From Polyangia bacterium (lineage in GTDB: Bacteria; Myxococcota_A; Polyangia; JAHFDS01; DATFWX01), in NCBI GenBank assembly GCA_035258845.1, contig DATFWX010000218.1:17354-81353 (forward strand): a DNA stretch of 64,000 nt. Reading direction: 5' to 3'. Positions within the stretch are counted from its first letter, which is position 1. Each line of letters begins with the position of its first letter. The notes under the pieces are model-generated. The model was not told the DNA's origin. It was given only the letters and a program-made list of their open reading frames with translations, and searched no databases. A program made the translations under genes and the position numbers. Positions 37,812 to 46,304 of this stretch are shown here, one piece after another.

Positions 37812-38591
37812 ATGGCGGTTGCGCTGACCAGCGATCTGCAGGGGCCCGACCATCCCGGTCCGACCGTCCACGTTCAGAAGAAGATCAAGCTGGTCATGTA
37901 CCCGGGCGAGTCCACCAACGCCAGCGGTACGACGCTCGGGCATATCTACGTGGTGGGCGGCAACGGCGAGTCGTACGAGATTGCGGCCGGGCCGCCGGCC
38001 GGATTCGCCGACCGGGGCGGCCACTCGGCCATCCCGACCCCGGCTGGCAAGTACGTGCTCGGTCCCAAGCACCATCACGTGACGCCGGGCTGGCCGGCTT
38101 CGACGGTGCCGTGGGGCGCCGATCTGCGCACCGACACAAACGGCGAGGTCGAGTTCTCGCCCGATGGCGGCAAGAGCTGGCGCAAGGCGACCGGGATGAA
38201 TGGCGCCACCACGCAGGCGTCGATTCGGTTCCTCGAGAAGGATTGGAAGCGGCCGCTGACCGAGGACGAGAAGCAGCAGGTGAACGCCCAGGCGCGCGGC
38301 TTGTTCTACGACGACACGGGCAAGCTGCAGACCCCTTATCGCGGCAACGACTTTGGCAACTGGGCCTGGAACCTGACCCGAGGCGGGGCGGTCACACCGT
38401 ATTACCTGCACACCACCCCACCCGACGAGGCCGCGAGCGCGGCCGGGCAGCCGGTCAGCCTGGTCAACTCGCACGGCTGCGTGCACATCCGCCCGGCCGA
38501 CCGCGACGAGATGATGCAGAAGGGCTATCTGCGGAAGGGCGTCGAGATCGAGGTCAAGCCGTACGGGCAGAAGGGTCCTCCCAAACCGTGA
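37812..38591 (+). CDS. putative T6SS effector with L,D-transpeptidase (YkuD) fold, Tlde1-like
   Basis: C-terminal ...YYLHTTPP...SLVNSHGCVHIRP matches the YkuD catalytic SHGC(V/I)R motif, with a His about 20 residues upstream. The gene starts 1 nt after the PAAR stop. No signal peptide. Confidence 0.5.
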   Translation: MAVALTSDLQGPDHPGPTVHVQKKIKLVMYPGESTNASGTTLGHIYVVGGNGESYEIAAGPPAGFADRGGHSAIPTPAGKYVLGPKHHHVTPGWPASTVPWGADLRTDTNGEVEFSPDGGKSWRKATGMNGATTQASIRFLEKDWKRPLTEDEKQQVNAQARGLFYDDTGKLQTPYRGNDFGNWAWNLTRGGAVTPYYLHTTPPDEAASAAGQPVSLVNSHGCVHIRPADRDEMMQKGYLRKGVEIEVKPYGQKGPPKP

Positions 38592-39484
38592 CGTCCCTGC
38601 GCGGGGTTCTGCTGCTCGTCATGCTGGGCGGGACTGGCCCGGCGGCGGCCGCCGATTCGACCTGTGGGGCGCGCAGCCGTGAGGTGGCGGCCTCGCTCGG
38701 GCGGGCCCGGCTGGCCATGTCGCCCGAGGCAGCGGTGCGGGCGAGCTTCGAGGGAGCCGTGCGCGCGCTCGCCGAGTGCGTGGGCGACGAGGAGCTGTGG
38801 TACCTGCTGGTGCGGTCGGCCGAGCTCGGCGGCGGCGTGTTCCCGACGCAGGTTGCGAATAGCACGGTCGCCGACCTCAAGGCCGCGGTCGAGCTGGCGG
38901 CGCGTCGGAATCCCAGGTCGGCGCGCATCGCGACCATTCGCGCGCGCGTGATCGGGGGTCTGCAGGCGGCGCGCCAGGCGGTCGCGCTCGATCCGGCCTA
39001 CGCACCCGCCCAAGTGACGCTGGCGGCCGCGCTGTTCGCGGCCCGCGACGCCAAGGCGGCCCGCAGCGTGCTGGCGGCGCGTACCGACCTCGCGCGCGTC
39101 CCGGGCGCGTGCGCGCTGCTGGCGCGGGCCTGTCTGGCCGAGGGCGACGCGAGCGAGGCCATCGCGGTCGCCGAGCGGGAGCCGGCCCCGAGCGCGCTCG
39201 ATCTCTACGAGCCCGGCGCCCGCGACGAGCGGCCCCGGCGCGATGCGGTCGAGGTGGCCGGGCTGGCGTACCTGCACAGCGGACAGTTCGACCCGGCGGC
39301 CCAGCGGCTGCTTCAGGCGGCGGCCGAGGGCTCAGCGGCTGCGCGCACCGCACTGGAGACCGGAAGCCCCGAGCTCCGGCGGGCGCTGGACCGGCTGGCC
39401 CGACGCAAGGGGCTGGCGCCGCGCGAACGGGCCCTGCTGCGCGAGCTCAAAACCCCACCGGCCCGCCGCACTCACCCCCAGTAA
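38588..39484 (+). CDS. putative periplasmic immunity protein (helical/TPR-like)
   Basis: GTG start overlapping the effector stop (GTGA). Signal peptide LLLVMLGGTGPAAAA. Ala/Leu-rich helical repeats. Immunity function is inferred from position only. Confidence 0.4.
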   Translation: MTSLRGVLLLVMLGGTGPAAAADSTCGARSREVAASLGRARLAMSPEAAVRASFEGAVRALAECVGDEELWYLLVRSAELGGGVFPTQVANSTVADLKAAVELAARRNPRSARIATIRARVIGGLQAARQAVALDPAYAPAQVTLAAALFAARDAKAARSVLAARTDLARVPGACALLARACLAEGDASEAIAVAEREPAPSALDLYEPGARDERPRRDAVEVAGLAYLHSGQFDPAAQRLLQAAAEGSAAARTALETGSPELRRALDRLARRKGLAPRERALLRELKTPPARRTHPQ

Positions 39485-39512
39485 CGCCTTTCGATAGTGG
39501 TAAGAAGGCCGT

Positions 39513-40418
39513 TCAGGCGGCGGGCTCGCCGCCGCCCACGACGCCCTGATAGCTCGGGAAGTGATCGAGAAACACCTTCACCGAGGGAGCGCGCGCCATC
39601 GCGACCGCGTATCGGGGCGCCGGGTAGCCCTCGGCGAGCGCATCCGCGACGTCGGACATCCAGCCCAGCGTGGCGCGATAGTCCTCGAGCGGCCGGTGCT
39701 GATGCACGTACTCGTAGGCGACCTCTCCGTCGCGGGTGTCGATCGCGCACAGGATGGTCGCGCGCAGCCCGCCCTCGTGGCCCACCAGCGGATGCGTGGG
39801 CACGGCCAGCGCGGGCGCCGGTCGGATTTTCTCACGCAGCGGCCAGGGCAGAAGGCGCCAGGCTTTGCGCACCGCGTGGCTCAGCTCGCCCACCGCTGCC
39901 GCTGCCAGCACTGCCGCCTGCTGCGCCCCCGGCTGGCCGCGTACCGCTTGCTCGAGGTGCGCCAGAAAGCCCTCGAGCAGCTCGTCGCAGCCCGACAGCA
40001 CCCGGAACGGACGCTCGACGCCGCTCAAGATGAGCTCGAACAGGCCCTCGCATAGAATGGTCCGCACGTCTCCGGTGAAGCCGGGCGACAGCACGAACCG
40101 GCGCTCGTACAGGGTCGCCACCGGAAGGGTCGTGACCTGCAGGACGTAGGGCTCGGCGGCCCCGTCCGGATGCAGCACGAACTCGATCCAGCCTCGGATC
40201 CACTGCTGAGGCGCGTCCAGGTACAACTGATCCCGCACCTCGAGACGCCCGCCAAAGCTCTTGCGCAGGCGGCTCTCGAGCGTGCGGATCTCGTCGCCAC
40301 CGTCCGAGAGCCGGCCCAGGCACAGTCGGCCTACACCGACGTCGAAGAAGTCTCCATCCTTGCGCACGATCACGCCCACCACCTCGCGGTCGAGGATCTC
40401 ACTGAGGCGATCGTGCAT
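39513..40418 (-). CDS. hypothetical protein (T6SS-associated by position)
   Basis: 301 aa from MHDRLSEILD... Last gene of the minus-strand tssL-tssM operon. No recognisable motif. Confidence 0.4.
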   Translation of the reverse strand: MHDRLSEILDREVVGVIVRKDGDFFDVGVGRLCLGRLSDGGDEIRTLESRLRKSFGGRLEVRDQLYLDAPQQWIRGWIEFVLHPDGAAEPYVLQVTTLPVATLYERRFVLSPGFTGDVRTILCEGLFELILSGVERPFRVLSGCDELLEGFLAHLEQAVRGQPGAQQAAVLAAAAVGELSHAVRKAWRLLPWPLREKIRPAPALAVPTHPLVGHEGGLRATILCAIDTRDGEVAYEYVHQHRPLEDYRATLGWMSDVADALAEGYPAPRYAVAMARAPSVKVFLDHFPSYQGVVGGGEPAA

Positions 40419-41922
40419 CGGGCTCGTCGGGGCCTGGGGGGGCGGGCGCCGCCGCGGCGCGCATCCGGGGCGGCTTGGCCTTGCCGGACACCCAGACGCC
40501 GTGCAGCGCCAGCTCGGGCACACCGGTTTCGATGCGCCAGCCGCCCTCGCTTCGGGTCAGGATCACACTGTAGCCACTGCGCTTGCCCAGGGCCATAACG
40601 GTGCTTCCGCCACCGGCCGAAACCACTTCGTCGACCGGCAGCGTCTCCTGGGTCCAGCCGGCTGGACCCAGCACGAGCGCGGCGCCGCTCGACGAGACCA
40701 GCCCTTCTTCCCACTCCCAGCCGCTCCAGCCGCCCAGGATGGCGCCCACCGGGGGCACGCGGCCGTCGCGCGACCAGCGCCCACGCGAAAACAGCATGAC
40801 CTCGGCGCCCGCCTCCGACCCGCCGGCCGCGATCACGGTGCCGCCGACCGCGCTGATGCGATGGACGGTGGCCGCCACCGGCAGCTCCAATCGCTTCCAG
40901 CCGTAGCCGTCGAAGTGCACCACGTAGCCGCCCTCCTCGCCGATGTACACGTCGCCGGGGCGGCTCGAAAAGATGCAGCGCAACGAGCCCCGGCTCGGCA
41001 CCTCGACCCGCCGCCACCCGGCGTGGTCGAGCACCAGCACGGTGCCCTGGTCGCCCACCGCGCACAGCGAATTTTCATCGAGCGGCCAGAGCGCATGAAG
41101 GTCGGCCGTGGTCGGCGCCTGCAGGCGCCGCCAGCGACCGTCGCGCAGCTCGGTCACGGCGCCGCCCGCGCCCACCGCCAGCGCCCGGTCCTGAAAGCCG
41201 CACACCGCGCGCAGCTCGGCGTCGCAATCCGAGCTCATCAGCTTCCACACGCCATCGAAGCGGCCGAGCGCGGTCCCGTAGGCGCCCACCGCGAGTGCGT
41301 CCGCGCGCCGGTCCTCGGCCGCCTGACCCTCCGCCACCAGCAGAAATTCCTCGAGATAGCTCTGGCACCCGGTGAGCCGGCCCAGCAGCGGCTCGGGCGC
41401 CGAGGCCGCCGACGCGGTGGCCAGATCGACGCCCAGCTTGGCAAACAGCGGGCCCGCGTCCGTCCACGGCAGCCCTTCGCGGACCGACTTCCAGGCATCG
41501 CACAGATCGGTCAGCCGCTGCAGAAGCGCGCGCGCCTGGCCGACCTCGAGCCCCCGAAACAGCGCGACCGGAAACAGGGCCACCCGGCCCCGTTCGCTGC
41601 GCTCGAGCGCCCGCACCAGAAGCGCGCACGCGCTGCGCAGCCCATCGGCCTGCGCCGGGATCTTGGCCGCCAGCGCCTGCAGGCGCTCGCTCGCCACCCC
41701 AACCGGGCTGCATGCGAAGAAACACGCCACTCCGCCGGCGTCGGCCACCTCGGTCTCGTCGTAGTCGAAAAGAGCAGTCCAGAGCGGCGGTACATCGCCC
41801 TGGGTCAAGGCCACCGCCGCCTGCGAATGCGTGGCCACGGCCAGCGCCTCCGACTTGGAGGCAACCGCCAGAAGTCGCAGCTCGGGAGCCAGCGGGGGCG
41901 CCTTCTCGGCGGATCGAATCAT
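40399..41922 (-). CDS. hypothetical protein with beta-propeller-like repeats (T6SS-associated by position)
   Basis: 507 aa. C-terminal repeated G-x-x-G-x-V-x-x-DG-x-W-x-R blocks. Start codon 1 nt after the tssM stop. Confidence 0.45.
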   Translation of the reverse strand: MIRSAEKAPPLAPELRLLAVASKSEALAVATHSQAAVALTQGDVPPLWTALFDYDETEVADAGGVACFFACSPVGVASERLQALAAKIPAQADGLRSACALLVRALERSERGRVALFPVALFRGLEVGQARALLQRLTDLCDAWKSVREGLPWTDAGPLFAKLGVDLATASAASAPEPLLGRLTGCQSYLEEFLLVAEGQAAEDRRADALAVGAYGTALGRFDGVWKLMSSDCDAELRAVCGFQDRALAVGAGGAVTELRDGRWRRLQAPTTADLHALWPLDENSLCAVGDQGTVLVLDHAGWRRVEVPSRGSLRCIFSSRPGDVYIGEEGGYVVHFDGYGWKRLELPVAATVHRISAVGGTVIAAGGSEAGAEVMLFSRGRWSRDGRVPPVGAILGGWSGWEWEEGLVSSSGAALVLGPAGWTQETLPVDEVVSAGGGSTVMALGKRSGYSVILTRSEGGWRIETGVPELALHGVWVSGKAKPPRMRAAAAPAPPGPDEPDARSPQ

Positions 41923-41923
41923 G

Positions 41924-44900
41924 TCATCGCACCTGCGCGGGACAGGTCAGCGGGGGCGGACGCTGCAGCGGATTGGCGGTCCGCTCGGGCCGGATGTCGA
42001 GCCGCACCTGGGCTCCGGTCTTGAGCGTCCACGTGAGCTGGTAAATTCCACCGCTCGCCTTGACCATGTGGGCCGCATCAAACAGGTGAAACGGTGCCCA
42101 TTCGCCCTGGAACTGCAAGGCATCGATGACGCCGTTCGCTCCGGCCACGCTCAGGCGCGCGCCGTGCTTCTTGGTCGCCGACGGCCACTCGTAGTGCCAG
42201 CGCTCCTCGGGCGTGTTGCGGAACGTGTTCTTCTTGCCCTCGATCTCGAGGGTCAGCGCGCCCACGTTGCTGCCCACCGGCTGCGGCCGCACCTCGAACG
42301 CGAACTGCGGGGTGGCGGCGCCGGTAGGAAACAGCGCGTTCTGCCACATGGCGGCACTGTGCAGACAGGAAAGGAGCGAGCCCGAGAACATCTTGCCGTA
42401 GCGCGGCTCGGGACGAAAGATGACGCCGTCGCGCGGCAGATAGCGCGCCAGATGTTGGTCGTAATGCTTCCACAAAAGGCCGTTCTCGCGCAGAAACTCG
42501 CTGGAATCGGCGATCGTCGCATCCGGTCCATGATGCGCGAACGGATAGCGCCCGGCGATGCTGTTCGAGTAGGCCGAAAAGACCCCTTGACCCCACGACC
42601 CCGACAGCCGGTCGCTCGAGGTCCTGATGGTGGTCTGGGTCGACAGCGAGACCGGCTGCTCGAATAGCTGCCCGACCATCGAGCGCGTCTGCTCGTCCAT
42701 GGCCTCGTTGAGCAGGCGCTGCGTGAACTCCTGGGCGGCCCGGGTCTCGTCGCTGGCCTTGGTCGATTCGCCGGCGCCCATCTCCTGCTCCGAGCGCATG
42801 GCCGTGCCCAGCCGGGACAGGACGGCCAGATACTGCCCGAGCGGCGCGTCGGCCTTGCCGGGCGGCTGACCGGTCAGGCTGCGGATGCGCGCGAAATCCG
42901 ACTCCAGAGGAGCCACGATCTTGGGCAGGTCGGGCGGACGCATGCCCAGCCCGGCGTCGGGCAGGCCCAGGCGGCCCTCGATGCGGCCCTCCACCTTGGA
43001 GGTCAGCCGCCGCAGCGCAGCGTCCTCGGGCTCCTCGTCGGGCGGAATCGAGGTTTCGTCGATCACGTGCTTGAACAGGCGCACGTAGGGCGGATTGTCC
43101 CCGGTCAGGACCTGGATGTCGCGCAGCATGTCGTGCGGATTTCCGGTCGGGCGCACGGACAGGCCCCGCAGAAAGCTCTTCCAGGCGGCCGCGTAGCTGC
43201 GGAAATAGGCGGCGTAAAGGGCCTCGCGCGCCACGTCATGGCCGCTCGCGCAGTCGGTGGCCAAAACCCACGAGTCCTCGGACATGCGCGAGCGCACCTC
43301 GCGCAGGCGCCGTCTCACGAACTGCTCCCAGCCTCGGCGCGTGTAGCAGCCCGGCACCGAGCCGGCGGAGCGCACCACGGTCTGCACCAGGCCGTCGAGC
43401 GCATCGTTGAGCTCGAACGGCCGCACGCGGCTCTTCGCCTCCGCAATCGCCTCCTCGACCATGGATTCGTCGGCGCGAGCGCGCAGAAGCGAGGAGCGCG
43501 CGCCTGCGACCAGCGCCTCGTCGGGCGCCTGCGGCAGCTTTCCGTGCGCGATGGCGCCGCTCAGCATGCGCAGGTGCGGGCTCAGCTGCATGTCGGACGG
43601 CAGGCTGCGCCGCCGACGCAGAAAATCCTTCCACAAGGGCAAGAGCTGGCGCTCCAGGAACCCGCGATCGATGTGCTTCTTGCATTGCCCGTCGGCCAGC
43701 ATCAGATAGGTCTTGAGCGTGTCGAAATCCTCGCGGTACGACTCGGGTGTGCGGCGACCGCCGCCTCCAATCCAGGACAACCGCTCCTCGAGCATGGCGG
43801 TGACCGGACGGGTCAGGATGGTCGCCAGCTCGGTGAAGTAGAATCGTTCCACCGGCGGTTGGAGAATGCGCCCGCGAAACATCCCAAAGCCCAGCGACAG
43901 CGGCGGCCCGTCGGCGTTCCAACCCTCGATTTCCTCGAGCTGCGCGCGCAGCTTGTCGAGCCGCTCGAAGTCTTCGGCCGTCCGGTCGGCCTCGCCCCAG
44001 GGCACCTTGGCCACCTGACGGCTGTTCTCCTTGACGTCGGCGGAAAGACGCAGGTTGCTGTAGCCGGACACGATGCCGCCCAGCAGGATGAGGCCGCCCA
44101 GCGTGCCCGCGACCGCCGAAGCCACCATCTGCACGCGTGAGCGCGCGCGCCTTTGACCCAGCGACAGCCCGGCCAGATCGCCGTCGGGGAAGATGACCCG
44201 CGTGAACAGATCGTGCAAGAAGTAGCTCTTGCGCTCACGCTGGCCCTTGAACAGGTTTTCGACCGCGCGATCGGGCAGCCCGAACACTCGCCCCACCTCG
44301 CTCATCACGCGGTCGATGGGGCGGCCTTCCTGGGTGCCGCTGGTAAAATAGACGCCGCGCAGGATGGGCACCTGCTGGTACGGGTTGGGCCGGAACAGCT
44401 GTTGCAGGAAGTAGAGCAGATCTTCGCGTTGGCGCGCGAACTGGCGCGGGAACTGGAACACGGCCTCGCGCACCTCCAGCTCCGTCTCCTGCGACACCCG
44501 GTACAGCATGCGCTCGTACAGCTTGTCGCTCAAAAGGTCGAACTCGCGCGCGCACGCTTCCTCGGGATGCGCGGGCGTGTCGAGCGGCAGCGTGAAGCCC
44601 AGGATCTGCCCGGCGTCGCGGCCCATGTCGCCGAAGTACTCGACGAAACCGCGCAGAAGGTCGCTCTTGGTCACGAGCACGTAAGCGGGCAGGGTCAGCT
44701 CCAGCTTCTCCATGATCTCGCTCATGCGAGCGCGCACCTTGGCCGCCATGTCGCCGAGCTCGTTGCGGGGCGCGCCTAGCGACGGCACCGGCACCGCAAC
44801 CATGATGCCGTTGAGCGGCCTTTTGCGCCGATGCTTCTTGAGCATCTGCAGAAAGGCGACCCACTCCTCGGCGTCCTCGTCCTCGATCATGTAGCGGCCC

Positions 44901-45403
44901 GCGGTGTCGAGCAGGATGGCCTCGTCCGCGAACCACCAGGTGCAGTTGCGCGTCCCGCCCATGCCGCGGATGCCACGCGCGCCTGTGGGCAGGTAGGGGA
45001 ACGACAAGCCCGAGGCCAAAAGAGCGGTCGATTTGCCGGCCGAGGGCGGGCCCACGATCATGTACCAGGGCAGCGCATACAGCGCGGCCTGGCCTCGTCC
45101 GCGGCCCAGCGAGGAGCGCTTGAGCGCGCTCAGGGCGCGCTTCATCTCGCTTGCCAGCGCAGCGATCTCCTCGCGCCGGTCCGGGTGCGCCGCGCCCGGC
45201 TCCTCGATCCCCTTCTCGATCGCGCGCGCGCGCCGCACCCGCACGATGCGGCGCCAGATGAGAAGCACGATGAACGGGACCCAGATCAGCGCCAAGATCA
45301 GCAGGCGCAGAAGCACGCTCGAGAGCCCCAGGGGCGGCCCGAACAGCCAGATTAACAGCGACACGAAGACGAGAGCGACCAGGAGGAGGATGATCTTGAG
45401 CAT
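41924..45403 (-). CDS. tssM: type VI secretion membrane protein TssM (IcmF family)
   Basis: Three N-terminal TM helices, Walker A (GPPSAGKST), and a long periplasmic IcmF-like C-terminal region. Start taken at MLKIILLL (45401-45403). The longer ORF call adds an N-terminal extension that would overlap tssL. Confidence 0.8.
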   Translation of the reverse strand: MLKIILLLVALVFVSLLIWLFGPPLGLSSVLLRLLILALIWVPFIVLLIWRRIVRVRRARAIEKGIEEPGAAHPDRREEIAALASEMKRALSALKRSSLGRGRGQAALYALPWYMIVGPPSAGKSTALLASGLSFPYLPTGARGIRGMGGTRNCTWWFADEAILLDTAGRYMIEDEDAEEWVAFLQMLKKHRRKRPLNGIMVAVPVPSLGAPRNELGDMAAKVRARMSEIMEKLELTLPAYVLVTKSDLLRGFVEYFGDMGRDAGQILGFTLPLDTPAHPEEACAREFDLLSDKLYERMLYRVSQETELEVREAVFQFPRQFARQREDLLYFLQQLFRPNPYQQVPILRGVYFTSGTQEGRPIDRVMSEVGRVFGLPDRAVENLFKGQRERKSYFLHDLFTRVIFPDGDLAGLSLGQRRARSRVQMVASAVAGTLGGLILLGGIVSGYSNLRLSADVKENSRQVAKVPWGEADRTAEDFERLDKLRAQLEEIEGWNADGPPLSLGFGMFRGRILQPPVERFYFTELATILTRPVTAMLEERLSWIGGGGRRTPESYREDFDTLKTYLMLADGQCKKHIDRGFLERQLLPLWKDFLRRRRSLPSDMQLSPHLRMLSGAIAHGKLPQAPDEALVAGARSSLLRARADESMVEEAIAEAKSRVRPFELNDALDGLVQTVVRSAGSVPGCYTRRGWEQFVRRRLREVRSRMSEDSWVLATDCASGHDVAREALYAAYFRSYAAAWKSFLRGLSVRPTGNPHDMLRDIQVLTGDNPPYVRLFKHVIDETSIPPDEEPEDAALRRLTSKVEGRIEGRLGLPDAGLGMRPPDLPKIVAPLESDFARIRSLTGQPPGKADAPLGQYLAVLSRLGTAMRSEQEMGAGESTKASDETRAAQEFTQRLLNEAMDEQTRSMVGQLFEQPVSLSTQTTIRTSSDRLSGSWGQGVFSAYSNSIAGRYPFAHHGPDATIADSSEFLRENGLLWKHYDQHLARYLPRDGVIFRPEPRYGKMFSGSLLSCLHSAAMWQNALFPTGAATPQFAFEVRPQPVGSNVGALTLEIEGKKNTFRNTPEERWHYEWPSATKKHGARLSVAGANGVIDALQFQGEWAPFHLFDAAHMVKASGGIYQLTWTLKTGAQVRLDIRPERTANPLQRPPPLTCPAQVR

Positions 45404-45404
45404 G

Positions 45405-46304
45405 TCAGCGACCCTGTGCTTCGCCGTACTCCTTGAGCTGCGTTGCCGTGTCGGTGGCGCTCTTGTCCGAGAGCTGGGCCAGGCCAAACAAGAGCACCAG
45501 CACCCCGACCACGGCCAGGGCCACGGTGGCGAAGCCGGGCAGCCGCCGCTTCTGCGCGGGCGCCGTGTCGGGGCGCTCGCCATGGGGCGACAGCGACGGG
45601 CTGGTGCGCCGTCCGCGCTGCGGCAACACCTCGCGCCGAACTTCCTCGAGCAGCACGGCCAGCTCGGGCGTCGAGCCCAGCCGATAGCGGCCCTCGAATC
45701 CCAGGGCCAGGCACAGGTAGTACACCTCCAGCGCCTGGGCGGCGTCGCGTGCCTTCCGGATCTGGTCCAGATGCTGGAAAAACACCTCGCCGGCGATGTT
45801 TTCCGCAAAATACTGGATCTGCAGGGGCTGCTTGACCCAGTCGTCGCGGACCGGGGACTTGGTGTGCAGGATGGTCTCGTCGATCAGAGCGACCAGCCCA
45901 TACCGAGCGTGCTCGACCTCGGTGGGCGAGATCTGGTACTCGACCGCATCGGTGTCGAGCTGATCGAACAGCTCCTTGAGCTTGCGTGCCAGCAGGGAAG
46001 CCGCCGGTACCTCACCGGTCGTGCGGATACGCAGGACCAGCGAGAAAAAGTCCATGCAGAGCTGCGCCAGCCGCGGGGTCGAGCTCTCCTCCTCGTCCGC
46101 CGGCTGGGGCCGATCCATGCCGAGCGCGGACGCCCACCAGCGCGCATTCCGCGGGGGCTCGCTCATGGGCGGCGGACGCCGCGGCTCGTCCTCGGCACGC
46201 CCGCCCGCGCCCGCACCGTCGAACGACGCGGGTCGGGTCGAGCGGGCTCGGCCGCCTTGAGCTCCGGCAGGGCCGCGATCAGAGCGCCGATAGCCCGACA
46301 TCAC
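45405..46304 (-). CDS. tssL: type VI secretion protein TssL (DotU family)
   Basis: Cytoplasmic DotU-like domain (..LVALIDETILH.. YYLCLALGFEGRY) followed by a single C-terminal TM helix (VALAVVGVLVLLFGLA). Immediately upstream of tssM. Confidence 0.7.
   Translation of the reverse strand: MMSGYRRSDRGPAGAQGGRARSTRPASFDGAGAGGRAEDEPRRPPPMSEPPRNARWWASALGMDRPQPADEEESSTPRLAQLCMDFFSLVLRIRTTGEVPAASLLARKLKELFDQLDTDAVEYQISPTEVEHARYGLVALIDETILHTKSPVRDDWVKQPLQIQYFAENIAGEVFFQHLDQIRKARDAAQALEVYYLCLALGFEGRYRLGSTPELAVLLEEVRREVLPQRGRRTSPSLSPHGERPDTAPAQKRRLPGFATVALAVVGVLVLLFGLAQLSDKSATDTATQLKEYGEAQGR

Noticed and set aside
39513-40523. N-terminal 35-aa extension of the ORF (MCPSWRCTASGCPARPS...)
   Set aside because: Arg/Pro-rich low complexity, overlapping the upstream gene. 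Start moved to the internal MHDRLSEIL.
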